Positions 19,992-30,229 of a DNA stretch of 64,000 bases are shown here, in pieces; the first letter of the stretch is position 1, and each line of letters begins with the position of its first letter. The notes below the pieces were generated by a model. That model was not told the DNA's origin, ran no database searches, and saw only the letters and a program-made list of their open reading frames with translations. Origin of the DNA: a bacterium (lineage in GTDB: Bacteria; Patescibacteriota; Minisyncoccia; Phycocordibacterales; Zambryskibacteraceae); the NCBI GenBank assembly GCA_030649135.1, contig JAUSGI010000004.1:32001-96000 (forward strand). Direction: 5' to 3'. A program made the translations under genes and the position numbers.

Positions 19992-21185
19992 ATGGCAGCA
20001 GAATTTGATCGCTCCAAACCGCACATCAACGTAGGCACCATCGGCCACGTTGACCACGGCAAGACCACTCTTACCGCGGCTATTCTTAATGTGCTTCACC
20101 GCGCAGGCAAGAATGCCACGATTAAGAGCGTTGACCAAATCGATAACTCTCCGGAAGAAAAAGCTCGGGGCATTACCATCGCCCTTTCCCACTCGGAATA
20201 CGAGACCGACTTGCGCCACTACGCACACGTTGATGCTCCCGGCCACGCGGACTACATAAAGAACATGATTACCGGTGCCGCCCAAATGGACGGAGCTATT
20301 CTCGTGGTTGCCGCTACCGATGGTGTGATGCCTCAGACTCGCGAACACATTCTGCTTGCCAAACAGGTTGGAGTGCCGAAGATTGTAGTTTTCCTCAACA
20401 AGTGCGACATGGTTCCCGACAAGGAACTCATTGCTCTAGTCGAAGAAGAAGTTCGCGACCTCTTGAAGAAATATGACTATGACGGTGCCAATGCGCCGAT
20501 TATCCAAGGTTCGGCCCTTAAAGCTCTGGAAGCCACCGGTATTGACGACGAATGGTCAAAGAAAATCTTGGAACTTACAGATGCTCTCGACACCTATTTC
20601 CCAATTCCGGTGCGCGAAACCGACAAGCCATTCCTCATGCCTATTGAAGACATCTTCTCCATTGAAGGCCGCGGCACGGTTGTGACCGGTCGTATCGAGC
20701 GAGGCAAGGTGAAAGTGGGTGAAGAAGTCGAAATTGTGGGTATCAAGGATACTGCCAAAACTACGGTGACGGGTATCGAGATGTTTAACAAGTCTCTCCA
20801 AGAGGGTCTGGCTGGAGATAATGCCGGCGTTCTCTTGCGAGGTGTGAAGAAGGAAGATTTGCACCGAGGACAAGTCTTGTCCAAACCTGGTTCCGTTACC
20901 CCTCATACCAACTTTACTGCCGAGGTCTACATTCTGAAAAAGGAAGAAGGTGGTCGACACACGCCATTCTTTACCGGCTACAAACCGCAGTTCTACATTC
21001 GTACTACTGACGTAACCGGAGAAGTTACTTTGGCTGAAGGTGTAGAGATGGTTATGCCCGGAGATACCGCCACCTTTACGGTTAAGCTGGTTGCGCCTGT
21101 CGCTCTCGAAAATGAACAGCGCTTTGCCATCCGCGAAGGTGGTAAGACTGTCGGAGCCGGCGTGGTTACCAAAGTCATCGCGTAA
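19992..21185 (+). CDS. tuf: elongation factor Tu
   Basis: [14 protein letters not shown] and DAPGHADY; 397 aa. Confidence 0.95.
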   Translation: MAAEFDRSKPHINVGTIGHVDHGKTTLTAAILNVLHRAGKNATIKSVDQIDNSPEEKARGITIALSHSEYETDLRHYAHVDAPGHADYIKNMITGAAQMDGAILVVAATDGVMPQTREHILLAKQVGVPKIVVFLNKCDMVPDKELIALVEEEVRDLLKKYDYDGANAPIIQGSALKALEATGIDDEWSKKILELTDALDTYFPIPVRETDKPFLMPIEDIFSIEGRGTVVTGRIERGKVKVGEEVEIVGIKDTAKTTVTGIEMFNKSLQEGLAGDNAGVLLRGVKKEDLHRGQVLSKPGSVTPHTNFTAEVYILKKEEGGRHTPFFTGYKPQFYIRTTDVTGEVTLAEGVEMVMPGDTATFTVKLVAPVALENEQRFAIREGGKTVGAGVVTKVIA

Positions 21186-21190
21186 ATTAC

Positions 21191-21583
21191 GTGCCCAAAA
21201 AAGTACCTCTAAAACCAAAAAGGGTTCTTAAACCTAAAGTTCCTAAGGCTCCCAAAGTTCCCAAAGCGGAAGAAGTAACCTCGCGTCTGCGTATCCGAGT
21301 GATGGCTTATGAGTCCAAGCTTTTGGACCTCTCGGTCAAACAAATCATAGACACAGCACTCCGTTATGACGCCAAGGTGCAAGGTCCGATTCCTCTGCCA
21401 ACGGGAATCAAGAAATACACGGTTAATCGTGCCGCATTTATCTACAAAAATGCGCGTGAGCAGTTCGAGATGCGGATTCACAAGCGGTTAATCGATATTC
21501 TGAATCCCACTCCCAAGATTATCGAGTCGCTCACCAACTTGAGTTTGCCGAGTGGGGTCAACATTGATGTCAAGCTCATATGA
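21191..21583 (+). CDS. rpsJ: ribosomal protein S10 with Lys/Pro-rich N-terminal extension
   Basis: RLRIRVMAYESKLLD...GPIPLPT core, preceded by a ~27-aa KPK-repeat extension. Confidence 0.9.
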   Translation: MPKKVPLKPKRVLKPKVPKAPKVPKAEEVTSRLRIRVMAYESKLLDLSVKQIIDTALRYDAKVQGPIPLPTGIKKYTVNRAAFIYKNAREQFEMRIHKRLIDILNPTPKIIESLTNLSLPSGVNIDVKLI

Positions 21584-22053
21584 AAAAGCTTATTGCCAAG
21601 AAGGTAAATATGACCCAAATTTTCGGCGAAACCGGGGAGGTTTACCCTGTGACTGTGGTCATGCCAGTAGAAAAAGGTCAGACCTTAAGTACTGATTCCC
21701 AAGGTCTGACCTTGGATACTGGCGACGATTTCCAGGAGGGTGAAATGGTCAATGTCTCCGGTACATCGAAAGGCAAGGGTTTCCAGGGAGTAGTTAAGAG
21801 GCACAAGTTTGAAGGCGGCCGCCGCTCGCACGGACAGAAACATTCCGAGCGTGAAGCGGGTTCCATCGGCGGCGGCGGCCGCGCGGGAGGCCGGGTCATC
21901 AAGGGTATGCGCATGGCTGGTCGGATGGGCAACGAGCGAGTGACGGTCAAGAACCTGAAAATTATCAAGATTCTTCCCGAAACACGAGAAATCTTCATTC
22001 AGGGAGCCATTCCCGGCCGACGAGGCAGTACGGTTGAGATTAAAGCCAGATAA
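21580..22053 (+). CDS. rplC: ribosomal protein L3 (short, 157 aa)
   Basis: KKVNMTQIFGETGE...GTSKGKGFQGVVKRHKF...GMRMAGRMGNERVTV; lacks an internal ~50-aa segment relative to E. coli L3. Confidence 0.85.
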   Translation: MKKLIAKKVNMTQIFGETGEVYPVTVVMPVEKGQTLSTDSQGLTLDTGDDFQEGEMVNVSGTSKGKGFQGVVKRHKFEGGRRSHGQKHSEREAGSIGGGGRAGGRVIKGMRMAGRMGNERVTVKNLKIIKILPETREIFIQGAIPGRRGSTVEIKAR

Positions 22054-22057
22054 AATT

Positions 22058-22705
22058 ATGGACGCAACAGTCTATAGCATCGATGGCAAGAAGTCCGGTA
22101 CGGTATCCCTGCCGGAGAACGTCTTCGGTATTCATTGGAACGCTGACTTGGTCAAACAAGTGGCAGATTCACTGCTTTCAGCAAAGCGTAAAAATGTTGC
22201 CCACACCAAGGACCGAAGCGAGGTGCGGGGTGGAGGCAAGAAGCCGTGGAAACAGAAAGGTACCGGTCGCGCGCGGCACGGTTCCATCCGTTCTCCCATC
22301 TGGGTGGGTGGCGGTGTGACCGGTGGCCCGAGAAATGAAAAAAATTTCGAGCGTAAGGTTTCAAAGAAAATGAGGACCAAGGCACTCTACACCATTCTCT
22401 CCCGCAAATGGCATGATGGCGAAATACTTTTTGTTGATTCGGTGGCGCTTGCCGAGCCCAAGACGAGAGTGGCCGTGAAGGCCCTCCAGTCTCTCTCTGG
22501 CATCAAGGGGTTTGAAAGTATTTTTTCGAAGAGAAACAACGCAACAGTTATCGCTCTGTCGGGTAAAAATAAGGAAACCGAACGCGCCTTCGATAATCTC
22601 GGTAATATTGAAGTGGTCGAAGCAAGAAACTTAAACCCTCTCTTGCTGCTTGAGCACAAATATTTAATAATCGAGAATCCCAAATTGATTTATGGCAAAT
22701 CTTAA
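22058..22705 (+). CDS. rplD: ribosomal protein L4
   Basis: L4-like; S10-operon position; start taken at MDATVYS. Confidence 0.85.
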   Translation: MDATVYSIDGKKSGTVSLPENVFGIHWNADLVKQVADSLLSAKRKNVAHTKDRSEVRGGGKKPWKQKGTGRARHGSIRSPIWVGGGVTGGPRNEKNFERKVSKKMRTKALYTILSRKWHDGEILFVDSVALAEPKTRVAVKALQSLSGIKGFESIFSKRNNATVIALSGKNKETERAFDNLGNIEVVEARNLNPLLLLEHKYLIIENPKLIYGKS

Positions 22706-22985
22706 TTTAAAGCCGAATAATGTTCTCTTGCGCCCTCGTATTACCGAGAAGGCCGCTTTGGGAGCCGACAAGTCCAATGTCTATGTTTTTGAGGTGACAA
22801 CGGACGCCACCAAAAAGTCCATCAGCGCTTCCGTTCGCGATGCTTACGGAGTGACGCCCAAACAGGTGCATGTTGCCGCCATTCCTTCCAAACGAGTTTT
22901 TGTCCGGGGCAAAAGAGGGGTAAAGGGTGGAGGCAAGAAAGCGTATGTCTATCTGAAGAAGGGGGATAAAATCGAACTAATATAA
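22692..22985 (+). CDS. rplW: ribosomal protein L23
   Basis: LLRPRITEKA N-terminus; 97 aa. Confidence 0.9.
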   Translation: MANLNLKPNNVLLRPRITEKAALGADKSNVYVFEVTTDATKKSISASVRDAYGVTPKQVHVAAIPSKRVFVRGKRGVKGGGKKAYVYLKKGDKIELI

Positions 22986-23824
22986 TGAAAAAGTACCGAC
23001 CAACAACAGATTCCCGTCGCCATATGTCTGGCATAGACTTCCGCAAGATTCTTACTTCAGATAAACCTGAAAAGTCTCTGACTAGTGGCTTCAGGCGTGG
23101 TACCGGTCGGAATAATCGTGGTCGTATTACCACTCGGCATAAAGGCGGGGGTCATAAACGTCTTTTTCGGGAGGTTGATTTTTCCTACGATAAGTATGAC
23201 GTACCCTTTACCATAAAGACCATCGAATATGATCCCAATCGTTCCGGTTTTATCGGGCTCGCGGTCTACCGAGACGGGGAGAAGAGATATGTGCTTTTGC
23301 ACAATAGCGCGCGAGTCGGGCAAACTTTTGTGGTTTCCGAGAATGCTCCACAAGTGCCTGGTAATCGTTTGCCTCTCGGCAATATCTCTGTCGGCACTTT
23401 TGTTTATAACGTTGAACTTAAACACAAGGGTGGCGCGAAAATTGCCCGCTCTGGAGGTGATTATGTAGAAATATTGGCTAAGGAGGGGGGCTTTGTTGAT
23501 TTGAAAATGCCTTCAAGCGAGGTGCGTAAAGTGCCTATTAACGCCTGGGCCTCTATCGGGGAAGTTTCTAATAATGAAAATCGTTTGGTAACCATCGGCA
23601 AGGCCGGTCGTTCACGTTGGCTTGGTATCCGCCCACACGTCCGCGGTACCGCTATGAATCCGGTAGACCATCCGCACGGAGGTGGAGAAGGCCGTTCCGG
23701 CCGAGGTCGCAGGCGTGCTATTTCTTACTACGGTAAACCGACTGGCAAGGGTCAGAAATCTCGCCGAACCAAAAAATATTCAAACAAGTTTATGGTCAGT
23801 CGCCGAAAAGTAGGGAAGAGGTAG
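22985..23824 (+). CDS. rplB: ribosomal protein L2
   Basis: GRNNRGRITTRHKGGGHKR and HGGGEGR motifs. Confidence 0.95.
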   Translation: MKKYRPTTDSRRHMSGIDFRKILTSDKPEKSLTSGFRRGTGRNNRGRITTRHKGGGHKRLFREVDFSYDKYDVPFTIKTIEYDPNRSGFIGLAVYRDGEKRYVLLHNSARVGQTFVVSENAPQVPGNRLPLGNISVGTFVYNVELKHKGGAKIARSGGDYVEILAKEGGFVDLKMPSSEVRKVPINAWASIGEVSNNENRLVTIGKAGRSRWLGIRPHVRGTAMNPVDHPHGGGEGRSGRGRRRAISYYGKPTGKGQKSRRTKKYSNKFMVSRRKVGKR

Positions 23825-23896
23825 GTAATGTTGACGCCAGCTTCTCGTTAGTGTATAATGTAGGTAGGAGTACCAAGAATTACCAGGAGGGGGGAC

Positions 23897-24322
23897 ATGA
23901 CAGTTGCGGGAACGTTGTTTAACAAGTTGTTGAGGGTGTGCGGCAAGCGGGTGGTCGACTCCGCTAGCAACAGGAAGGAGTTCGTCGACAACGGCACCTT
24001 GTTTCCGGTGCCCAACATCGGCCAGGAGATGTACCTATTCCCGGTCACTCGCCGTCTCACCGGTGATGAGGCAGAGGACGCCTATGCATCTTTTGGCCTC
24101 GAAGCTGCCGGGTGGGAGGAGCTCGCTCTGGCCAATGACGCCAACCCTGCCATGGCGTCAGAGAGACCCAACGCCACTCAATGGCGGGATCGGGGGCGGT
24201 GGTGCTACATCACCTTCTCCGAGCCTGGGGAGAACTATCTCCTTCGGGCGGGGAAGGTCGATAGGTGGGACCCCGGGTGGTGGCTCGCAGGTCGTCCCAT
24301 CAAGTGGGACGAGTACCGGTAA
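23897..24322 (+). CDS. hypothetical protein (G+C-rich cassette at the rplB|rplJ junction)
   Basis: extended -10 TGTATAAT and CAGGAGGGGGG SD upstream; W-rich 141-aa product; hairpin terminator follows. Confidence 0.4.
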   Translation: MTVAGTLFNKLLRVCGKRVVDSASNRKEFVDNGTLFPVPNIGQEMYLFPVTRRLTGDEAEDAYASFGLEAAGWEELALANDANPAMASERPNATQWRDRGRWCYITFSEPGENYLLRAGKVDRWDPGWWLAGRPIKWDEYR

Positions 24323-24362
24323 TTCGGGGTCTGGGCGTTCGGACAGTCGTCCGAACGCCCTT
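24322..24362 (+). terminator. perfect hairpin terminator
   Basis: gggcgttcggacagtcgtccgaacgccc followed by ttttcgttt. Confidence 0.6.
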
Positions 24363-24479
24363 TTCGTTTGTATACTTGCATTAAATTTTTATTCCTGTAA
24401 GGTATTTCTCCATAAGGTCAAAGACAGTAGGCATCCATAAGCCCTACCGAGACTAAACCACTCTGGCCTTATTAAATTA

Positions 24480-24968
24480 ATGGCCATTTCGAAAGCCAAA
24501 AAGGGAGAAGTGCTCACGAAGCTTAAGGCGGCCTTCAAAAGTGCCAAGTCTTTGGTGTTCATTAACTTTAAGGGCTTGAATGTGGCCAATGCCACTCAAA
24601 TGCGCCGTGCTCTCAAAAGTGAAGGTATTTCTTACACGGTTGCCAAAAAGACTCTAACCAACTTAGCGCTTGAGGGAGAGAAGTTTCAGGGCACAGCACC
24701 AGTGCTCGAAGGTGAGTTAGCTCTTGCGTGGGGAGAAGACTTGGTGGCTCCGGCTCGCGGAGTTTATGGTTTCCAGAAAAAGTTTCCGGAGAGTCTCAAG
24801 ATTATGGGTGGAGTCTTCGAAGGTCGTTTTATGACGGCAGTCGAAATGGAGGAGATTGCCCAGATTCCTACGCTCGAGGTGCTTCGCGGCAAGTTCGTCA
24901 ATATTATTAATTCCCCGATACAGCGCTTTGTGATTGGGCTTAATGAAATTAGTAAGATTAAGAGTTAA
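24480..24968 (+). CDS. rplJ: ribosomal protein L10
   Basis: L10-like N-terminus MAISKAKKGEVLTKLKAAFKSAKSLVF; directly upstream of L7/L12. Confidence 0.85.
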   Translation: MAISKAKKGEVLTKLKAAFKSAKSLVFINFKGLNVANATQMRRALKSEGISYTVAKKTLTNLALEGEKFQGTAPVLEGELALAWGEDLVAPARGVYGFQKKFPESLKIMGGVFEGRFMTAVEMEEIAQIPTLEVLRGKFVNIINSPIQRFVIGLNEISKIKS

Positions 24969-24972
24969 AAAC

Positions 24973-25386
24973 ATGGAAGATACACAAAATACAAATACCG
25001 AAATAGTTAAGGAAGTTCCTACAAAGTTCAAAAAGATTGTTGAAGAAGTTGAGACCATGTCGGTACTTGAACTCAATGAACTGGTGAAAGTTTTCGAAAA
25101 CAAGTTCGGAGTTTCTGCTACAGCTGTAGCCGCGCCCGCCTCCGCGCAAGGCTCCGGCGAGGCAATAGAAGAGAAATTGACAGCAAGCGTGGAGCTCACT
25201 AATAGCGGTGCCAACAAAATCGCCATCATCAAGGTGGTCAAAGAAGTGCTCGGCCTCGGTCTCAAAGAAGCTAAGGACCTCGTCGATGCTGCTCCCTCGA
25301 TGCTTAAAGCAGACATGAAGAAAGAAGAGGCAGAAGCGCTCAAAAAGCAGATAGAAGACGCTGGTGGTAAAGTGACGCTCAAGTAG
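24973..25386 (+). CDS. rplL: ribosomal protein L7/L12
   Basis: C-terminal KVVKEVLGLGLKEAKDLVDAAP...EEAEALKKQIEDAGGKVTLK. Confidence 0.9.
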   Translation: MEDTQNTNTEIVKEVPTKFKKIVEEVETMSVLELNELVKVFENKFGVSATAVAAPASAQGSGEAIEEKLTASVELTNSGANKIAIIKVVKEVLGLGLKEAKDLVDAAPSMLKADMKKEEAEALKKQIEDAGGKVTLK

Positions 25387-25398
25387 TAGAATGGGCGC

Positions 25399-25956
25399 AT
25401 GAAATCCGTTTCCCACATCTTCGGCGGAGAGGCCAAAGTAAAGATTATGCGCCTGTTTATCTTTAACCCAGGTCTCACTTTTACTTCCGCTGAAGTGGCC
25501 CACCGTGCCAAAGAGAGACCTCATACGGCCCGCAAGGAACTTAGAATTCTCGCCAAGGCGGGTCTCATCAAGCGACGCACGAAGGGCTTTGCTCTCAACT
25601 CTTCCTACCTGTATCTTCCCGCGATTGAAAATTTTCTGATAGATGCCACGCCCATCACGGAGAAAGAGATAATCCAGAAAGTTTCTCGCGCCGGCAACAT
25701 CAGACTTGTCTTAATTTCCGGTGTCTTTCTACATGACCGTGATTCTCGTGTGGACATCCTCGTCGTGGGGGACCATCTCAAAGGAGCCAAACTCTTGTCG
25801 GCTATATCATCGATTGAAGCTCTCTTGGGCAAGGAGTTGCGTTATGCCGCTTTCGAGACCGCCGATTTCCGATATCGTCTGGGTATCTACGACAAGCTTA
25901 TTAGAGATATTCTGGACTACCAGCACGAGAAGATTCTTAATAAATTGGGTATTTAA
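25399..25956 (+). CDS. winged-helix regulator-like protein
   Basis: N-terminal HTH-like segment (TSAEVAHRAKERPHTARKELRILAKAGLIKR); C-terminal domain of unknown function; CCCCGCC-TTGG-CGGGG hairpin follows. Confidence 0.4.
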   Translation: MKSVSHIFGGEAKVKIMRLFIFNPGLTFTSAEVAHRAKERPHTARKELRILAKAGLIKRRTKGFALNSSYLYLPAIENFLIDATPITEKEIIQKVSRAGNIRLVLISGVFLHDRDSRVDILVVGDHLKGAKLLSAISSIEALLGKELRYAAFETADFRYRLGIYDKLIRDILDYQHEKILNKLGI

Positions 25957-26116
25957 CCCCGCTTCACCCCGCCTTGGCGGGGCAAGCGGCGGGGCAGGAT
26001 TATCCACACCCCAATAAACCTCGTATTTTATAGGTGTATAATGAATCGCGTACCCCTTTTAGAGTGGTCACAATTAGAAGCTAAGTGCATTTGCACAGAC
26101 ATCGAGCTAAGAATAT

Positions 26117-26815
26117 ATGTTATTAAACACATGGGGAGAAGTGCTAACCCTTTCCTTCCAGAATCTTTGGGTAGGAGTGGTTAACTTTGTCCCGAACCTT
26201 GTTATTGCTATCGTCATCCTTATCCTAGGATGGTTAGTTGGCGCGCTTATCGGCCGAGCAATTTGGCAAGTGTTCAAGTCTCTGAAAGTTGATGACGCTC
26301 TTCGCCAGGCGGGATTCGACTCTTTTGTGCGTCGTGGAGGTATTGACCTTGATTCCGGCGCGTTTGTTGGTGGTTTGGTGAAGTGGTTTGTGATAGTGAT
26401 GTTTTTAGTGGCAGCTCTGGATGTTTTAGGCCTTTCACAAGTCAACTTCTTCCTCCAAGACGTAGTACTTGGCTATTTGCCTCGTGTACTCGCTGCGGCT
26501 TTGGTTCTCTTGGTGGCTGGCGTTATCGGTGATGTCACCGGACGTGTGGTTGTCACAGCAGCTCGGACGGCAGGTATTGATTCAGCACATTTTGTGGGTG
26601 CTGTGGCCAAGTGGGCCATCTGGATTTTCGCCATTCTCGTAGCTCTTTCCCAACTGGGTATTGCTGCGGCGTTTAGTCAGACTCTCTTCACAGGCATTGT
26701 CATCGCGGTCTCTCTCGCCCTCGGTCTCTCCTTCGGTCTCGGCGGACAGGAAGCGGCATCTCGCTTCCTCGAAAAGCTTCGCGGAGAAATGAGTGGTAAA
26801 AACCACAACGGTTAA
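26117..26815 (+). CDS. integral membrane protein with repeated conserved-TM-helix units (mechanosensitive-channel-associated type)
   Basis: repeated ~30-aa hydrophobic helix units; terminator hairpin at 26860-26890. Confidence 0.5.
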   Translation: MLLNTWGEVLTLSFQNLWVGVVNFVPNLVIAIVILILGWLVGALIGRAIWQVFKSLKVDDALRQAGFDSFVRRGGIDLDSGAFVGGLVKWFVIVMFLVAALDVLGLSQVNFFLQDVVLGYLPRVLAAALVLLVAGVIGDVTGRVVVTAARTAGIDSAHFVGAVAKWAIWIFAILVALSQLGIAAAFSQTLFTGIVIAVSLALGLSFGLGGQEAASRFLEKLRGEMSGKNHNG

Positions 26816-26996
26816 CCTCGAGGTATTACTTAGCTAGATAATACCCGGATAATCTGTAGGGAAGAGCCCGTTTTCGGGCTCTTTTCTGTTCTATTGACTT
26901 TTAAACCTCATTGTGATATGATTAGGGCAGGATGGGCATTGGCCCATAAGACGATCTTCGTTTACTACCTTCAAGGCTACACCTTAGGAGAGTGTC

Positions 26997-27506
26997 ATGA
27001 GCGTAGTGGAGAAAGCCGAACTCTCGCCAATCCTGGGTAGCGTACCGGTCGTGATGTTTTTCTTCAACGTCACCGACAAGAGGCTCGTGCCTTGGTGGGC
27101 GAAGACCGTGTCGGGCCTCGAGCAGAAGCCGGCCACCGAAGGTCAGCCCTCCGGTGTCGAGTTGATCAGGGGCAAGCACGTGAATCTCTATTCCGTTCTC
27201 GACGAGATCGGAGAGCAGGGATTCATTCCGGTCCGGCTCCTCGTCATCGAGAGGGGTCAAGGTAGGGTTCGTATGGCCCTGGTGTGCGTTCACTCGGATC
27301 ACCTGAAAGAGGGCGATCGACGGATGCCCCGGAGAGAGGAAGCTGATGTACGGGGGCTTCTCAAGAAGCTCTGGGACGTTCGGGTTCATCGTAACCCGGG
27401 CGAGCACGGAGGGAACTTCATCATCGGGTGTGCCTACCCGGCGATGGGGAATTCCAGGGGCAAGCTGCTCGTCGCCGACGGGCAGTTCCGGTTGGAGACG
27501 AAGTAG
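26997..27506 (+). CDS. hypothetical protein (G+C-rich cassette upstream of rpsS)
   Basis: AGGAGA SD; 169 aa; GC hairpin at 27513-27552. Confidence 0.4.
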   Translation: MSVVEKAELSPILGSVPVVMFFFNVTDKRLVPWWAKTVSGLEQKPATEGQPSGVELIRGKHVNLYSVLDEIGEQGFIPVRLLVIERGQGRVRMALVCVHSDHLKEGDRRMPRREEADVRGLLKKLWDVRVHRNPGEHGGNFIIGCAYPAMGNSRGKLLVADGQFRLETK

Positions 27507-27613
27507 CTGTGAGGTCTGGACCGGGGGCGCAACGCGCGCTCCCGGTCCTTTACTTTTTACGTTGATTTATATACTATATCCCGCATAGCTCGCTCGAGCT
27601 TTTTCATTTAATA

Positions 27614-27955
27614 ATGACCAGGTCATCTAAAAAAGGTCCATACGTCGACCCTCGAGTACTCAAGAAGTTAGAGGGCAAAAGCCCCACGACCGCTGGGGTT
27701 ATAAAGACGTGGTCGAGGGCCTGCCAAATTGCTCCGGAGATGGTTGGTTTTACCTTCGGGGTTCATAATGGTAAGGACCACGTAGCGGTGTTTGTCAGCG
27801 AAGACATGGTCGGACATCGCCTTGGCGAGTTTTCGCTAACGCGCAAATTTACAAGACACGGCGGTAGAATGCAGAAGGACCTTGAACAGAAGCAAAAGGA
27901 GTCCGAAATTGCTGCCGCTAAGGCAGTCAAGGGTGCGGCGGAATCAAAGAAGTAG
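27614..27955 (+). CDS. rpsS: ribosomal protein S19 with C-terminal extension
   Basis: SSKKGPYVD...GHRLGEF core. Confidence 0.9.
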   Translation: MTRSSKKGPYVDPRVLKKLEGKSPTTAGVIKTWSRACQIAPEMVGFTFGVHNGKDHVAVFVSEDMVGHRLGEFSLTRKFTRHGGRMQKDLEQKQKESEIAAAKAVKGAAESKK

Positions 27956-27980
27956 ATTCAAGATTTAGAATTTAAGATTT

Positions 27981-28316
27981 ATGAATGAAGCAACAGCACA
28001 ACTTAATAACTACCGACAATCTCCACGCAAGGTGCGTTTAGTGGTGGATACTCTGCGTGGCAAAAAAATAGAGGAAGCAATTACTCTACTCTCGTTTATC
28101 CCAAGGCGTTCCGCCCTGCCACTTCAGAAACTTTTGACCTCGGCTTTGGCAAATGCCAAAGACCTTGCTTTGCCTACGGAAGATTTAATTGTCAAAGAGA
28201 TTAGAGTTGATGCCGGTGGCACCCTTTACCGCCGCCGCCCGCGTTCGAAAGGTATGGCCAACCCGATTCGTAAAAGGACGTCGCGTATTCGCGTAACGCT
28301 TGCTCCCAAGAAATAA
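27981..28316 (+). CDS. rplV: ribosomal protein L22
   Basis: L22-like; operon position. Confidence 0.9.
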   Translation: MNEATAQLNNYRQSPRKVRLVVDTLRGKKIEEAITLLSFIPRRSALPLQKLLTSALANAKDLALPTEDLIVKEIRVDAGGTLYRRRPRSKGMANPIRKRTSRIRVTLAPKK

Positions 28317-28317
28317 T

Positions 28318-28974
28318 ATGACACACACAGTACATCCATATTCACATCGTCTTGGTATCCTGCGGGATTGGAAATCGCGTTGGTTTGCGCCGAAGGGTAA
28401 ATACAAATACATTTTGCGTGGTGATATTTTGATTAGGCAATATTTGGAGAAGAAACTTAAAGGATTTTTCGTGGCCGATGTTGAAATAGAGAGAAGTGAG
28501 AAGTCCTTGCGCATTATTGTCAGCTCCTCTCGTCCGGGCATGATTATCGGCCGTCAAGGTGACGGCGCGGAATTGCTTCGTAAAGAAATTAAGTCATTCC
28601 TTTTGAAACATAAATTACTTGAGGAAAAAGTGGACGTCAGGCTCGACATCAAAGAAATTAAATCGGCCGAGACCAATGCCGCCATCGTGTCGCAGATGAT
28701 AGTCGAGGGATTGGAGAAACGTTTGCCGTTCAGAAGGGTGATGAAGCAGATGCTTGAGAAGGTCATGGCTAATCGCGACGTGCTCGGGGTGCGAATCTTT
28801 CTGGCTGGCCGCTTGGGTGGTGCCACTATGAGCCGCACGGAAGACCGCAAGCTCGGCCGTATTCCTTTGCAGACTCTGCGCGCTGATGTTGACTACGCTC
28901 TTACCAAAGCAGTAATGCCCTACGGCACTATTGGGGTCAAGGTTTGGATATATAAAGGCGATATATTTAAATAA
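28318..28974 (+). CDS. rpsC: ribosomal protein S3
   Basis: KH-domain GMIIGRQG; start at MTHTVHPY. Confidence 0.9.
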   Translation: MTHTVHPYSHRLGILRDWKSRWFAPKGKYKYILRGDILIRQYLEKKLKGFFVADVEIERSEKSLRIIVSSSRPGMIIGRQGDGAELLRKEIKSFLLKHKLLEEKVDVRLDIKEIKSAETNAAIVSQMIVEGLEKRLPFRRVMKQMLEKVMANRDVLGVRIFLAGRLGGATMSRTEDRKLGRIPLQTLRADVDYALTKAVMPYGTIGVKVWIYKGDIFK

Positions 28975-28975
28975 C

Positions 28976-29392
28976 ATGCTCTTTCCCAAAAAAGTTAAAC
29001 ATCGAAAGTGGCACACCATGCGAAGGAATCCATCGAGGGTCTCCGTGGCCACTCGTGGACTCTCGGTAGCGTTCGGCTCGTATGGATTGAAGGCACTCGG
29101 CTCCGCTCGTATCCGCTCCAATCAAATTGAATCTTCGAGGAAAGTCTTATCTCGCTCTGTAGGTAAGACCGGTCGCTTCTGGATTCGAATTTTCCCGGAC
29201 ATGCCTTATACCACCAAGCCTGCGGAAGTGAAGCTCGGTAAGGGCAAGGGAGATTTGGCAGGTTATGCGGCGCCGGTTCTCCCCGGTAGAATCATTTTTG
29301 AGGTAGACGGTATCAGCGAGGTAGATGCCCGGGAAGCGCTTCGTAAAGCGGGTACTAAACTACCGGTCAAGACTAAAGTAGTAGCCAGATAG
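28976..29392 (+). CDS. rplP: ribosomal protein L16
   Basis: MLFPKKVKHRKWH N-terminus. Confidence 0.9.
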   Translation: MLFPKKVKHRKWHTMRRNPSRVSVATRGLSVAFGSYGLKALGSARIRSNQIESSRKVLSRSVGKTGRFWIRIFPDMPYTTKPAEVKLGKGKGDLAGYAAPVLPGRIIFEVDGISEVDAREALRKAGTKLPVKTKVVAR

Positions 29393-29416
29393 TTCGACAA
29401 GCTCACCATAAATAAT

Positions 29417-29599
29417 ATGAAGAAAACTATCTACATCGGCAAATCAAAACAGGATTTGGTAAAAGCCCTCGGAGAGAGGCGAGAAATTTTGCGTAAACTA
29501 AGATTCGGAGCTTCCGGTTCCAAGACCCGCAATGTGAAAGAAGGTATGGTTATCAGAAAAGATATTGCCCGTATCATGACTGAACTTAATAAAGCGTAA
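29417..29599 (+). CDS. rpmC: ribosomal protein L29
   Basis: 60-aa helical protein in canonical position. Confidence 0.85.
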   Translation: MKKTIYIGKSKQDLVKALGERREILRKLRFGASGSKTRNVKEGMVIRKDIARIMTELNKA

Positions 29600-29600
29600 T

Positions 29601-29849
29601 ATGGAAACTGACAAAACAAAAAAGCCCCAAATTTTTTCCGGCACGGTAGTCTCGGATAAAATGAAAGACACTATCGTGGTCTCGGTCGAGCGCTATGAAA
29701 AACATCCCCGATATTCCAAATTCATCAGGCGACGTAAGAAATTCAAGGTGCATGACGCTGGTAATACCGCCAAGGTGGGTGATAAAGTACAAATCATCGC
29801 TACTAGGCCGATATCGAAGGATAAAAGTTTCAAATTGTTAACTTCCTAA
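29601..29849 (+). CDS. rpsQ: ribosomal protein S17
   Basis: GTVVSDKMKDTIVVSVER...; canonical position. Confidence 0.9.
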   Translation: METDKTKKPQIFSGTVVSDKMKDTIVVSVERYEKHPRYSKFIRRRKKFKVHDAGNTAKVGDKVQIIATRPISKDKSFKLLTS

Positions 29850-29852
29850 GCC

Positions 29853-30224
29853 ATGATTCAACCACAATCCATTGTGCAAATAGCAGACAATTCCGGGGCA
29901 AAACTCGGTCGCGTTTTCAAGGTGCTTGGAAGCTCAAAAAAACGCTACGCTTCCATCGGAGAGCTGGTGGTGCTCTCGGTTCAAAAGGCCGAACCCAGGA
30001 AGCTGGTAAAGAAAAAGGATATTCTTTACGGGATAGTGGTGAGACAAAGGGCGCCTTTCCGACGCAAGGATGGTACGTATGTACGTTTTGACGAAAATGC
30101 CGTGGTTATCCTGGATAGTACCAAAAAGGAGCCAATGGCGGGCCGAGTTTTCGGCCCGGTACCCAGAGAAATTGGCGAAATGGGATTCCAGAAAATTATT
30201 TCTTTAGCGCCGGAAGTAGTTTAA
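29853..30224 (+). CDS. rplN: ribosomal protein L14
   Basis: [17 protein letters not shown]. Confidence 0.95.
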   Translation: MIQPQSIVQIADNSGAKLGRVFKVLGSSKKRYASIGELVVLSVQKAEPRKLVKKKDILYGIVVRQRAPFRRKDGTYVRFDENAVVILDSTKKEPMAGRVFGPVPREIGEMGFQKIISLAPEVV

Positions 30225-30229
30225 ATATC

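Noticed and set aside
20556-21218. 220-aa minus-strand ORF across tuf
   Set aside because: It is antisense to EF-Tu and reflects a compositional artefact.
24717-25524. Long minus-strand ORFs (264 aa and 188 aa) overlapping rplJ/rplL
   Set aside because: The plus-strand products are unmistakable L10 and L7/L12. The antisense ORFs are low-complexity Ser/Ala-rich.
16756-25982. Recurring hairpin CCCCGCC-(A/T)TGG-CGGGG at 16756 and 25967 as a mobile repeat
   Set aside because: Only two short copies were seen, both in terminator positions after operon-ending genes. They are most simply ordinary GC-clamp terminators.
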